Assembly (NCBI RefSeq): GCF_964194025.1
Contig: NC_134476.1
Coordinates: 17,360,001 to 17,424,000 of the forward strand
Direction: 5' to 3'
Source of the DNA: Convolutriloba macropyga
Taxonomy: Eukaryota
DNA: 64,000 bases
Within the stretch, counting starts at the first letter, position 1. The number at the start of each line of letters is the position of its first letter. Made by a program: the position numbers and the translations under genes. The notes beneath the pieces are model-generated. The model saw nothing but the letters and a program-made list of their open reading frames with translations. It was not told the origin of the DNA and did not search any database. This document shows positions 13,901 through 26,322 of the stretch, in pieces.

Positions 13901-14420
13901 CTATTCAATTTGTCGATCAAGTGGGACATCAGTTAGAAATGTACAAATTTGGAAATGAGTCTCGATTTATTAGAATTTTGCTTTGATTAAAGGAGATGAT
14001 TTTTTGGCAATAACATGGGCACTTTTTTACATTGGTTTGATAGATTTTAATCAATTGCGAACTAATGCTGCTCACATTAGAAAACACAAAATTTTGCAAT
14101 TGGTTTTTCGAAAGTTGAAATAAATAATGATATTTGTCTTATCGGTTCGCTAGCATCCTATCACACTGTCAATGTTTTTTCTTGTAAGGAACAGATGACT
14201 TAAGCTTGCAGTGATCATGTTTTTGGCTAAAGTGTTGTTGTTATATATGATAAAATGCCAGAAAAAAGTTGTTTTTTTCTTTTTCCGTTGTCATTTTTTG
14301 ATCAGTTTTAACGATTTTTTGATATTTTTTGAATTTTGTTGTAAAAAATAATTTTTCGTGTTTCCTGGTCAAATGAATTGGCATCATTATTGGGAGATTA
14401 GCTCAGCTTCATCCTCTTGA

Positions 14421-15147
14421 CTTTCGGCTTCCTCCAAATTTTGTTTCAACTGATCGATCTTAACCAAAAAAGTGAACTACGCTGGTCGTCAAAAAACCAA
14501 TTTTACAATAAACGACATATAAGAACAGGCTTCTTTTGATCCACTGCAGAGGAAACCCCTATCTCTGTTCCACTACATTTAACCAGAAACAAAAAGATTC
14601 TACAATAGAAAATATGAGTTAGTCTCATACTTCACTTTTTTTCAATTTCCAATTTATAGTAGATTCCCGAGCCGAGTATTTTTTCCAAAAATATTTTACT
14701 TCAGCAGTAACTAGCGTTAAAAAGTCAGAAAATGCACCGCAATTTTCTTACATAATTTTGCGTTGAAAGCGTTGAATTTTGCGTAGATCATACATATTTT
14801 GAGTTGAATTTAGCGTAGATCTTACAAATTTTGCGTTGAATTTCGCGTATATCTTACATATTTTGCGTTCAATTTAGCGCTGATCTTATATATATATTGA
14901 GCTGAATTTAGCGTTGATTTTACAAAAAAAATCAACAGGAAAACTCTGGGTATGGGACGTGAACCACTTACCCACCACACGTACCCCAACCTACCCCCCA
15001 TATACCCCACCCAATTCACATCCCCCCGAGGCGTACCCAGCCCCCCTCCCCTATTAAACCCTCCCTCCCACCACCACCAACCCCCCTCGTATCATCCCAC
15101 ACGTACCCCCAGGTACCCATCCCCCCCTCAACACACGTACCCCCCCC

Positions 15148-15192
<45 letters not shown>

Positions 15193-16005
15193 AACCCCAC
15201 CGGCTCTTTCCCACCACCTCACCCCCATCGTACCCCCTCCTACACGTACTCTCCTAGTTTTCGGCTTCCTCCATATTTTGTTTTAACTGATAGATCCTAA
15301 CCAAAAAAAGTCAACTACGCTGGTCGTCAAAAAACCAATTTTACAAAACAACGACATATAAGAACAGGTTTCTTTTTTTGATCCACTGCAGAGGAAACCC
15401 CTAACGCTGTTCCACTACAATTAACCAGAAACAAAAAGTTTCTACAATAGAAAATATGAGTCAGTCTTATACTTCACTTTTTTTCAATTTCCAATTTATA
15501 GTAGATTCCCGAGCCGAGTATTTTTGCCAAAAATATTTTACTTCAGCGGTAACTAGCGTTAACAAGTCGGAAAATTCACCGCAATTTTCTTACTTAATCT
15601 GCGTTGAAAGCGTTGAATTTTGCGTAGATCATACATATTTTGAGTTGAATTAAGCGTGGATCTTACAAATTTTGCGTTGAATTTAGCGTATATCTTACAT
15701 ATTTTGCGTTGAATTTAGCGTTGATCTTATAAATATTGCGCTGAGTTTAGCGTTGCTTTTACAAAAAATTTCAACCGGAAAACTCTTGGTATGGGACGCA
15801 AACCATTACCCCCCACACGTACCCCAACCTACCCCCCATATACCCCACCCAACTCACATCCCCCCCGAGACGTACCCCAGCCCACCCCCCCTATTGAACC
15901 CTCCCTCCCACCACCACCAACCCCCCTCGTATCCTCCCACACGTACCCCCCACGTACGCCATCCCCCCTCAGCACACGTACCCCCCTCCTACACGTACTC
16001 TCCTA
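14421..16005. repeat. Local tandem duplication (14421-15256 / 15257-16005)
   Basis: Both copies start TTTCGGCTTCCTCCA.ATTTTGTTT.AACTGAT and end TACACGTACTCTCCTAG. Each includes flanking DNA plus the left arm of the foldback element. Confidence 0.93.
15151..15190. repeat. (AC)20 microsatellite
   Basis: Read directly from the sequence. Confidence 0.97.
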
Positions 16006-16763
16006 GACTGCGCCCTCTTCCAGACGTACCCCCCCCCCCTCCCTTCCCCCCCCCCCTGCCCCCACGTACAACCCCCCCCCCCCCCCCCCCCCTACACAAA
16101 AAAAATCAAAAAGCAAAATTGTGTGGTGTCAACGCTAAATTCAACGAAAAATATGTAAGATCTACGCTAAAATCAACGCAACATATGCAAGATCTACGCT
16201 AAATTCGACGCAAAATACGTAAGATCTACGCTAAATTCAACGCAAAACCTTAAGATCTACGCTAAATTCAACGTAAAATATGAAAGATTTATGCTAAATT
16301 CAAGGCAAAATACCTAAGATTGGCGTTGAATGCGTTGAATTTATGAAAGATCTACGCTAAATTCAGCGCAAAATATGTAAGATTTACGCTAAATTGAACG
16401 CAAAATATGTAAGTTCTACGCTAAATTCAAGGCAAAATATCTAAGATTGGCGTTGAATTCGTTGAATTTATGAAAGATCTACGCTAAATCCAGCGCAAGA
16501 TATATAAGATCAACGCCAAATTCATCGCAAATTATGTAAGATCTACGCTAAATTCAACGCAAAATATGTAAGATCAACGCTAAATTCAACGCAACGTATG
16601 TAAGATCTACGCTAAATTCAACGCAAAATATTTAAGATTGGAGTTAAATGCGTTGAATTTATGTAAAATCTACGCTCAAGCGTTGATCTTACATAAACTC
16701 AACACATTCAACGTCAATCTTAGAAAATTTTGCGTTTTTTATGCGTTGACACCTCGGCCCGGG
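15508..16763. mobile_element. Foldback-type non-autonomous DNA transposon (CMC/EnSpm-like), TT target-site duplication
   Basis: Boundaries are tt|CCCGAGCCGAGT ... CCTCGGCCCGGG|tt. The arms are inverted arrays of a 32-bp unit (TTTTGCGTTGAATTTAGCGTAGATCTTACATA and its complement) around a C-rich core. Confidence 0.85.
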
Positions 16764-17959
16764 TTAACTAATCATCTATTATAGTTGAACCCTAACTTTG
16801 TGGTTATCCTGAATCATCAAAGAATTATCAAGATGGTTTACTTCAAATGCATATATAAAAATTCTTTGGGTCGTAGTTATCATTTGATTAAATTTCAAGC
16901 CATGAGAGCTGGACCAAACATGTTCCGGAGCGGTTGCAAGACAGTTTTAAAGTTGCGGGTTTCTCTGCTTTAATGTGATTTTTACAGCATTAGGCGTTTC
17001 CTTATGAAGCAATTTCGCCAGAATCATTTTCTTAGGTCTTGTCCTATAATCAGTAATAATTAAGAAAAATTAGTTTTAATTGTAATTCATTGTTAAAAAT
17101 GCAATGTTTTCTTAATTCCCCTTATATTTTCTTCACTCTTCTTTTTCACCTTTGCTTTATGGGCTTAGTTCTCTGTTAAAAAAACTTTGACAGTTTTGTA
17201 GAATATGTATATATTTACTGTGGCAGTTTTACCTCCATTTTCTTATTTTGATTATCTTTGTTTCTTTTTCTGTTACAAATAGAGTCGGGGTATGTGTGTA
17301 GAGAAATTGTTAAATTTTAACTTCTCCATTTCTCAATTTGGTTTGATTTTTATCTACTTAAGGGATATTTTTGAAAGTCACTTTGCTCCATCCGTAGAAG
17401 AAAGAACGACAACCAGGGATTTTATCAGTGCATAAATTGAGTTAATACTAGAGCCAGATATATGTTCAAGCTAAAAAATTATCAGCAGAACAAAAACCTT
17501 GTGTTGAAATCGTTGTAGAAACTGAAGAGTACTAGATAATAGATAATTCAATGCTAGAAATAACACTTGTGTTTCAGTAATGAAGTCTTTTTTCTTTCGC
17601 TTTCTTTTGTTTGCTTTCAGTGTTACAGACGGTCCTTGTTCCTTGCGTTTCTTTATATCTTGCCCATTCTAATTCCATTGATCCACGCTGATCAAATCCG
17701 TTAAGTTTGATGGTACTTGTCCTGTGGTTTTTCCCTCTAAGAGTTATCCAAACTGTTGTTTAGTTTACAGGTTTATTTTTCTCACAAATACCTCAAATCA
17801 GTAGGGTTATTTGTTCTTTGATAATAGATCATATCCATAGAGAGCCGTTATCACATTGGAAAATTAGTTATTTGGAGGTTTGCGAATCTCACTGACCTAA
17901 GTTAGAAATCTTTGAACAAGAAATTCAATCTTTTTGTAGTATTCTTCACAAAACTTGCG

Positions 17960-20520
17960 AATCGAAATTGCTAATCATAGTTACAAACGATCACATATAT
18001 GAATTTGCCAATGAGAAGTGCAAAAAAATTTCAGACGTTTTTTGCAGAAAAAGTCAGATTTAATAATCCGCCCAAAACACCTGCTTACAAATTGGCAAAA
18101 TTCAAGAATATCAAAATGACCAAATTCCGCAGTAAGTGTTTTTCCAAGTAATAAACCAGATTGTGCGTAGTTATTTCTTTCATTTGACTATAAACTGCGC
18201 CATTCAGTGAGGTAACTGATTTTTTTGCTCCAATAAGAAATGCAAAGAAGAATTTCAAAATGCCCTATATGGGTAAAAATTTCAAATGCCCTATATAATA
18301 AACGTTTAAAAAATTTTTGAAGCAAGCGAAACGAGGCACTCTCCAAATGGAAAAGAGAAAACGAAAACACGAAACTGCTTGAGCAGTTTAGAAGTCGAAC
18401 ACATTTGCTGGAGCAGGAAACAAAAATGGTAAAAAAAAGTCATTCTATCAGAATAAAATTTAATTCTTGTTTAGGAAAGTCTCGACAGAACTTCTTAATA
18501 AGACAAAACTTCAAATTTAACTATTATACCGCTTCTGAGCTTCAAAAAAATACTCGCTACTATTGGATATAATATAAGTAAACACATAAAAAAGCCTTTT
18601 ACTGCGAATTTTCCATCTGAAGAAACCTCTATTTTTTTACCAGACAACTTGAATCTAAGTAAAAGAAATTGTGGCGCAGCTGGACAAAAATTTTTTGTCA
18701 GGCGACGTTCTAATGATAAAATTCCAATCAAATCTTTGCTGGATTTGATAATACAATACTTTATATTCTTGATTAATTTTTCTATTCAGAGGGGAATTCT
18801 CCCAAAAGAATTGACAAAAGCAAAAGTTTTCCCCCTACATAAAGGAGATTGCAAACTGAGTGAAAACAACTATCGGTCAATTCCACTTCTAAATGCCTGG
18901 TGTAATACTTATGAGAGTGTTGTTTTTAATGGAATCTACTATTACTTCGAACCACGACAACTCTTTTACGGTAAACAGTTTGGCTTGTTTTCTAAACATT
19001 GTATAATTGATGCGTTTGTTAACTTACTGAGAAAGTGAGAGTGGGACACAGCTCCTCAACAAGCTTTTGTTTTTTTCTAGACAAAAAGAAAGCTTTTGAC
19101 ACATTTATCCGCGATATCTTTTTTTATAAACTTGAAAGTTGGTTAACATGAAATTTGGAAAATAGATCTCAAAGAGTTGAAGTAAATGGAGTATCATCAA
19201 AATGGAAATATATTAACCAAAGAGTCTCTCAAGGATCAAATTTAGGAGCGTTATTATTTCTCATTTATCAATGATATGATAAACGTCTGTAAAGGTGTTA
19301 ACAGTATTCTTTTGCCGATGATACAAATAATGAAACCATAGGATGTACTAACAGAGAAATTGAATCGGATCTTGAAGCAATCAAAAATTGGCTTGAAAAG
19401 AATGATTAAGTACTAATATTAGAAAAAAACCTTTCAGATGAATCTGAAATCATTATACGCAGACACGACATTTTACCTGAACTCCGATAGTATACCCGTT
19501 AAACCAGTGTGCAAAAATTTCGGAACAAATTTAGATTAAATATTCTCATTTCATTCCCATATTAACTATGTGAAAGAAAGACTCAATAAGCAATGTGGAA
19601 TCATTTCTAAGCTGAGACACTATATACGGCAAAGAGAGCTGTGAGAATATTATATTTCTAATGTTGCTAATATTTTGCTGTACGGTGCTTTACTTTATTG
19701 CTGCAGCTAATCGTCTCTAAAACCCATCTCACTGTTACAAAAGAAGATAATTAAATTATTCGCTTCAAAAAAAAGCATTCACAGTGACGACTTACTTGCG
19801 AAGAATTAAATCTTAACAATTTATGAACAACACTTTTACAAAATTCTCAAATTTGTTCTGAAAGCAATAGACAGTCAACACACACAAGATTCCTGCAATA
19901 GTTTTATAATATTAAAACAATCCTGCGCAAGGGTAGCCAGAAGTTCCGATCTAAAATTGTTAGAGGAGCGTTTTTGTACGCCAAAGATCGATAAGAATTT
20001 CATTCGTTTTCGAGGAGCTAAACGATATAGCAGACTGATTAAAATTCGACTTACTTCATCAGACCTGGATTTGTCTTCTGGAAGGAAATTATCCAGTTTT
20101 TTCCACCAAGTAAAAAACTCCTATTTAGTTAATAATTATGAACTATCAAGATTCATATTCGAATAAAAATCAACCATCTTAGCTATTTGAAAATCAAAAA
20201 TTTAACTCGACTGCCATATGATGACTAGTCAACCTCTGGATCATCTTTTATAGTAACAAATTTCATTCCTCGATGGCCTTTGCATTAAATTCTTTAGATA
20301 TAACCATCACCATTACCACTCTAATTGTTTTTTAGTTCGAGATGCACTGATTTTAAATGATGCTACTAGGTATTTAGCACATTATTTTTGTTGAATGATT
20401 ATGTTAATTTGTAGTTAGTGGCAGGTTGAAATAGCCGATCCGCATGATCTTGTTTTTTGTCTTCGCTTATTGTTGATTTGAATCACAATAATGAAATAAA
20501 TTCTCTCTTTCTCTCTTTCT
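17960..20520 (+). mobile_element. Decayed CR1/L2-type LINE, ORF2 reverse transcriptase region and 3' end
   Basis: Motifs KAKVFPLHKG...NNYRSIPLL, KQFG, FLD..KAFDT (~19075-19102), SQGSNLG..LFLI (~19225-19265) and FADDT (19311-19325), with many stops and frameshifts. AATAAA followed by a (CT)-rich tail lies at ~20495-20523. The 5' boundary is approximate. Confidence 0.9.
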
Positions 20521-20878
20521 TTCTTTTATATTAGTGTAATCAACGTTTCTCGCCGGCTTCATCCAAGGTATCTATGAACGCTGTAGATATACATGAGCAA
20601 GTATGCAAAAAAGTTTCGCTAAATTACTTGACAGTTCTAATAAATTTTTTTTACAGTTTATTACTTCCGTAATTTAACTGTGTTTTAGTATAGCCACACC
20701 ATTCGAATCTTGATCTAGCTGTTGTCTCTTTTCATTGTCCTTGATTTGGTATCCAAACAAAAGCTGTGTTTTGAATAAGTAATCATCATAAAAGTAAAAC
20801 ATCAACCATTCTTTCCTATCGCCAAAAGTGGCCCTAAAATAAAAATTTTTTAAATGTTTTGCAATGTTTTCCTAAAGA

Positions 20879-21159
20879 NNNNNNNNNNNNNNNNNNNNNN
20901 NNNNNNNNNNNNNNNNNNNNNNNNNNNNNNNNNNNNNNNNNNNNNNNNNNNNNNNNNNNNNNNNNNNNNNNNNNNNNNNNNNNNNNNNNNNNNNNNNNNN
21001 NNNNNNNNNNNNNNNNNNNNNNNNNNNNNNNNNNNNNNNNNNNNNNNNNNNNNNNNNNNNNNNNNNNNNNNNNNNNNNNNNNNNNNNNNNNNNNNNNNNN
21101 NNNNNNNNNNNNNNNNNNNNNNNNNNNNNNNNNNNNNNNNNNNNNNNNNNNNNNNNNNN
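20879..21159. other. Assembly gap (N run)
   Basis: Run of N. Confidence 1.
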
Positions 21160-22283
21160 TACACATTTTTTAATTACATAATTACATGAGCGTTTTTCAA
21201 GTAAAGTTGTCTTTTCCTAAAACGGTCAAAATCTATCATAGCCAACGGATAGTATTTGTCTACTGCAAGTTTCGATGTCATAAAGAACCTTGAATATACT
21301 TTTTGTAAATTGATGCGAGAAAAAACATATAAAATTGCTCAGACATTTTAAAATTTTCTTTTAAATATTTAAAAAAAATTATGTCAGGTTTTGTTCTTGG
21401 TGAAATTGCTCCTAGTTAAATTTATAGTTTTTGATTAAACGTAAACAAACAAGATTTGGATATTCAGTGCTTTAACTGAAGAATTATTTTTACTCTGTTA
21501 TCTGTGCGCGCAAACACCGACAATTGTAGAAAGATTTTTTAAATTGAATGCTCCTTACTTGTCTTTCATTTCTTTTCTTAATTTACACTTTCGTTAAATT
21601 TCAGTGTCACAGTCAAGGATACGGCATTTTAAGTCTTAAATCACGCTTCTAAGTCATGTTTGATGTCTTCGTAATTATTGTGGGTGTGGCTTACACAACA
21701 ATCATACAGTCAACGGAAAGCAAGGAGTTGGTGAAAAGGTAATGATAATTTTCTCAGACCATTATTGACATTAATCCTTTAAGATCCTGCAGGAATCAAA
21801 CAAAAATCTCACAAGACTACACATCATCTCTCAAGATGTTGTAATTTTCGTGCAAAAAAAAACGAAGAAAAACTTATGGAAATATATTAAGAATTGCATG
21901 ACATCAAATATTAGACTGGATCTTGCAGCTGCCATTTGCAAGAGTTTTGCAAAACCTGGGAAGATAAACTTTATCATCAGGGCTCTTGCAAGACCTTTGA
22001 CTTTGACGGCTAAAATCTGTGCAAGAATATATTCTCGACTAGTTTACAAATGATACTTTAAATTTAGCGTTGCACCTTAGTGACTTATCGAAATTAAAAC
22101 TTTTGTGATATGCCGGTTCGTTCTGTGCTGCAAATCGAGGTTTTTGACCCTTGACTGTTGAAACCGGATCCTCTAAGCTGAATAGTCTACACCTGATTTA
22201 TTTTTCGTTTTATAACTTTGAATTTTTAATAGATTTGGATCATTTTCAAGCCTTACCTGCCTTATTTAAAAAGCTTGAGACAT

Positions 22284-22500
22284 CCCGGGTCGACTTCGAA
22301 TGGTTAACTTGTAAGAACGTGCAAGTATCTTGCAAGTTTTTACAATGTGATGCATCGCCTTGCAAGTTTTTCCTCAAAAAATCTTGCAAGTTCCTGCAAA
22401 CTAACCATTTGACTTACAAATTCTTTCACGTTAACCATTCGACTTACAAGTTCTTACAAGTTAACCCTAAGAATAACAAGACTCTTGAAAAATAAGCATT
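22284..22500. mobile_element. Left end of a CCC/GGG-family element with CTTGCAAG/CTTACAAG repeats
   Basis: CCCGGGTCGAC at 22284, followed by repeated TTGCAAG/TTACAAG motifs. The right end was not recognised. Confidence 0.5.
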
Positions 22501-24619
22501 CGATTCACAGCGTTCCTACAAGTTGAAATTCTGACCTGCATATCATATCTTCTTACATGTGTTCTTAGAATATAAGTTGTTACCAGACAACATTTCTGCC
22601 TGTCTTGTCGCAATAAAGGCAATAAACAATAAAAAGTTACAAGATATGATTGATTACAGATGTTTCAAAAGAATAAAATCTGGAAAAATGTGAATTGAAT
22701 TTATTCACGGAAAAATTGTTACAAAAAATGAAGTGTTTCGAAAATATTTTAGTAAAGGCTGACATATGAATTCGAAACTTCAATCGAAGTCAAAAACGGT
22801 TTTGAAAATTCAGGGCCATTTCTATAAAAGCAACTGTGAAGAAGCCAGATCTTCTGTTTTTTTATTCATTGGATTGCAGAAGGAGCTCTTGAGTTGGAGA
22901 TTTTGTCAACTTATGTTGCATCGTATTATGTTATCCAAACTGAGCAACTAACTCCCACGCGCTTTCTACGGTAATTGACTGAGTGTTAATTTGAATTAAC
23001 CAATAAGAGTCAACCTTACTGGAAGGATCTTGCACGAATCTTCTCCAAGTATTGTAGGAAACTTGTGAGAACTTGTAAGAACTATCAAGACTTTTTTATT
23101 CAAACTAATCTAACGAAAATTTCAAATGTGCTTTATTCGATTACCTGAGCACCTACATTAATCACACTCCATTATAACACCCACTTTCTGCAATGCAACC
23201 AAGCGCATATTTTTTTATTAAGTGGTAAAAAAATTGTAAGAGTTTTGAAGAGAGTTGTTTGAAAAGCTCTCTTATTACCTCTAAAGTTTTTGAAAAACAA
23301 TTTGACAGGGGATGTTGTTGTTGAGTGGCTTACAGTGAGAAAAGCAACGTGAATATTATGGCGAATGATAATCCTCAATTTCAGAAACAAAACATTTTAA
23401 AATCATATTACAACAGTGAATATTGAGATTAGTAGTTATCTAAGTTTTGTTTGTTCATACTCGTAGCCTATTAAATGATTGGATGCATTCAACGTTTCCA
23501 AGAAACAGCCAATTTTTTAATAGTTTTAAAAAATTTAAGGTTCAAAACGAGTGTTAGACTTTTAATGTTCAAAACGAGTGTTTGCGTTAAAGGAAAAAAA
23601 GAAAGACTGATTTGATGCAAGGAGGTTAAATTTTTACTGCAAGTTTAGGTTTTTTGGCATCTAAAAATGGTAGATTTGTGGTTCTCTCAAACAATTGAAT
23701 ACACTTATATTATTTTTATTGCCTGAAAAAAGTTATTATTTGTTTTTTTTTATTTTTTGTGATTTGAAAAGCCTGATATTTTCCTGCATAAACAATGACT
23801 TGAGTTTGTGCAAACAGGCAGTCCAATTTAGGTGGACTAACTGCAAAACTTTTTCCGATTTTCTATAAATAGTTCGAGACAATCAATATTCTGGAAAAAA
23901 GATGAAATTTTTTATTGTTCTTTACAAAAGATGTCTGTTACGGAAATCCGACTAGTCAAATGTCATACAGCTTTCCTGTCAGGGTCCACAATTTAACATT
24001 TTTTCAGATACTTTTTAAAATTTTTGTCACTTTTTCAAAATTATCCTATGGACATCCGAACTTTAGTTTCAGAGCATTTCAGCGCTGAACCAGATCATTT
24101 CAAGAGTAAAAACATAATTGAGTCATGTAATATCGCATCTCCAGAATTTTTTAAGTTTTCTATGTTCAGTTTTTCTTCATTATGATTATTTCGAGGTCAT
24201 AGAGTTCGCCCAAGCTGAACTAATCCTGAATAATCTGAAAACTACCCATACCACAAAATTAACACTGAGCACAATAATGTCATACTTTTGTAGCTTATAA
24301 CTTGTAATTACCAAAGTAGTATACACACTCTTTATACTTAAACTAGTTTATAGGGAATTAGCGCTGATTTGCCCTACCGCCAACCTCCGGGCATGTACTT
24401 CTTTTATTCTTCTTCTAAATCTAAATTTGCTATATTAATGTCTGTATTGCGGTCAAACCAGTTGCAGTTACTCCAATAAACTCTTGTATTGTTTTGATCG
24501 GGATCTTAATAGCTGTTGATCCCTATGAGTTCGGATCAATGATATCATGTGATAAATAATTCAACGAGTCGACCAAATTTTATTTCAGAATCATTCCCTT
24601 CGACGATATACGTCATTCT

Positions 24620-25456
24620 ATGATGCTGCAAGAGAACTCCAACAGCCTAGCAAATTTCCCGTCAAAAACTGAACTTCGATGTGCGAAAAGTTGTTTACGT
24701 AACCCTCAATGCAAATCGTTCAACTTTTGCGCACAAAGATGCAACCTTAACCAATATGATTTTTTTTCACAAGATACCCAACTTATTCCCAATATTCAGT
24801 GTACTTATGGAGGCATGAAAAGACGTTCACAACCCAAGTGCAAAGAAAAGGGCGTAGAAATAAATATCCAAAATGATGCGACGCCCGGAAAATGTGAAAT
24901 CAATCTCAAAAGAACCGATTTCACGTGTGAACTTGTCGCTGAAGAGAAAGCTACAGTTAATGAAACGAACGAATGGAGGGTATATCAGAACGTATCTTAC
25001 GAGTACAGCGCGCACGGTGGGTTCAACGTAACGTGTCTTTACGGGTATACAGGAATCCATAACTTCGAATGGCTAGTGTGGGTTCGGAATCAACGTAGGG
25101 GAATCACGGGTGCTTTAGACTACTGCCGGACAGTTCACAATGGTACGCTTTTCGGTGATTTGGATGGCTCGAACGAGCAATTAGACTTTCTGAAGCTCCA
25201 CATGAAGGGATTGGGCAGAATATGGTTGGGAATCACTCGAATAAGTCCTGGAAAATGGGAGACATTTTACGGAAAGGATATAACTCCCAATATAAAATGG
25301 TTCACGGGACAGCCTTCAAACATGGTTTTGGAGCACTACGCAATAATAGATCTGAATGTTGCAATTCATGAGACAGAGCTCTACCATTGGGTAGCAGATA
25401 TTATTGAAGATGACACGCGCTATGTTTATGCTTTCATTTGCGATAAACTACATTAA
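24620..25456 (+). CDS. PAN/apple-like domain plus C-type lectin domain protein (5' end uncertain)
   Basis: Intact 278-aa ORF. CAKSCLRNPQCKSFNFCAQRCNLN is a PAN-like Cys pattern. The C-terminus has CTLD landmarks: A..YC....GTL, IWLGI, W..GQP and FIC. The frame is open from 24560, and a candidate acceptor TTTTATTTCAG ends at 24588. Confidence 0.85.
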   Translation: MMLQENSNSLANFPSKTELRCAKSCLRNPQCKSFNFCAQRCNLNQYDFFSQDTQLIPNIQCTYGGMKRRSQPKCKEKGVEINIQNDATPGKCEINLKRTDFTCELVAEEKATVNETNEWRVYQNVSYEYSAHGGFNVTCLYGYTGIHNFEWLVWVRNQRRGITGALDYCRTVHNGTLFGDLDGSNEQLDFLKLHMKGLGRIWLGITRISPGKWETFYGKDITPNIKWFTGQPSNMVLEHYAIIDLNVAIHETELYHWVADIIEDDTRYVYAFICDKLH

Positions 25457-26096
25457 CTGTGTTCCTAGAGATTTATATAAGGATAATTTCAACAAATTTT
25501 GCTACCTAGTGTTTTCCCAGAAAACCAGGCGCAAAATTAACGGAGGAGAAAAGTTGGAGTCTTGGAAATCAGTAGGGCTGGTGAAGACACAATTCGGGAT
25601 GAAATGAAAGCTCCTCTAATTATAATACAAGCGTCTATCGGTTCCCAAATATTGATTGAATTTACTCAGTTTTATAGCTACTTTTCACTTTTCTACTGTT
25701 AAGACATTTCAAAACCAACTCCCACTTTTAGTCCGTATGGACAACACTCGTGCTCTACATAGAAAATCTTGTATTTTTTTCGATTTAGGGAATAACTAAT
25801 TTTGTGAAAACTTCTTTCCAAAAAAATAAACACCTGCTTGAACTCGAAATAGGGTGTGCATGCCATCAAATGATTACAGGTATAACGACAAATCATCGAA
25901 ATAAACAGGTTATGAGTGCTCTCCTCCCCAAGCCGTGCAACCCTGGAAAACTCGAAACTGTGTTGTTTTCGTTTTACCACCGCTAACAGTTTGTATAGCC
26001 AAATAACATGTAGGTTTAGCCACTATAGTATAAATTTATCATTGCAGAGGCATGTAGGCATCAAATAAGGATAGTCATATTCTATCCGGGTGTAAC

Positions 26097-26316
26097 CCCA
26101 GGATGAAGTCCGCGACCCGAGACAGGTATAAGCCGGACGGACTTGGGTCGCGGACATGGGGGTTCAGACAGAACAGACATGAATTCATGTATGGGCCAGA
26201 CAAAACAGACCTTGGTCGCCCTGGGTCAGACCGAACAGACCCAAGGCCAACACTTGGCCAGACAAAACCAACCCAAGACCAACCCTGGGCCATACCGAAA
26301 ACACTCAGGACCTGGG
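26097..26316. mobile_element. Short inverted copy of the 9758-10239 element at a duplication junction
   Basis: Runs CCCAGGATGAAG ... GACCTGGG. CAGACCGAACAGAC units have a 32-bp period and are the reverse complement of the 9.9-kb array. Confidence 0.75.
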
Positions 26317-26322
26317 AAAGAC

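Noticed and set aside
14952-16202. Pro/His-rich ORFs resembling extensin or formin
   Set aside because: They are translations of C-rich and (AC)n tracts inside a transposon and its duplicate.
20834-21189. Poly-X ORFs here and at 49725-50162
   Set aside because: They span N gaps.
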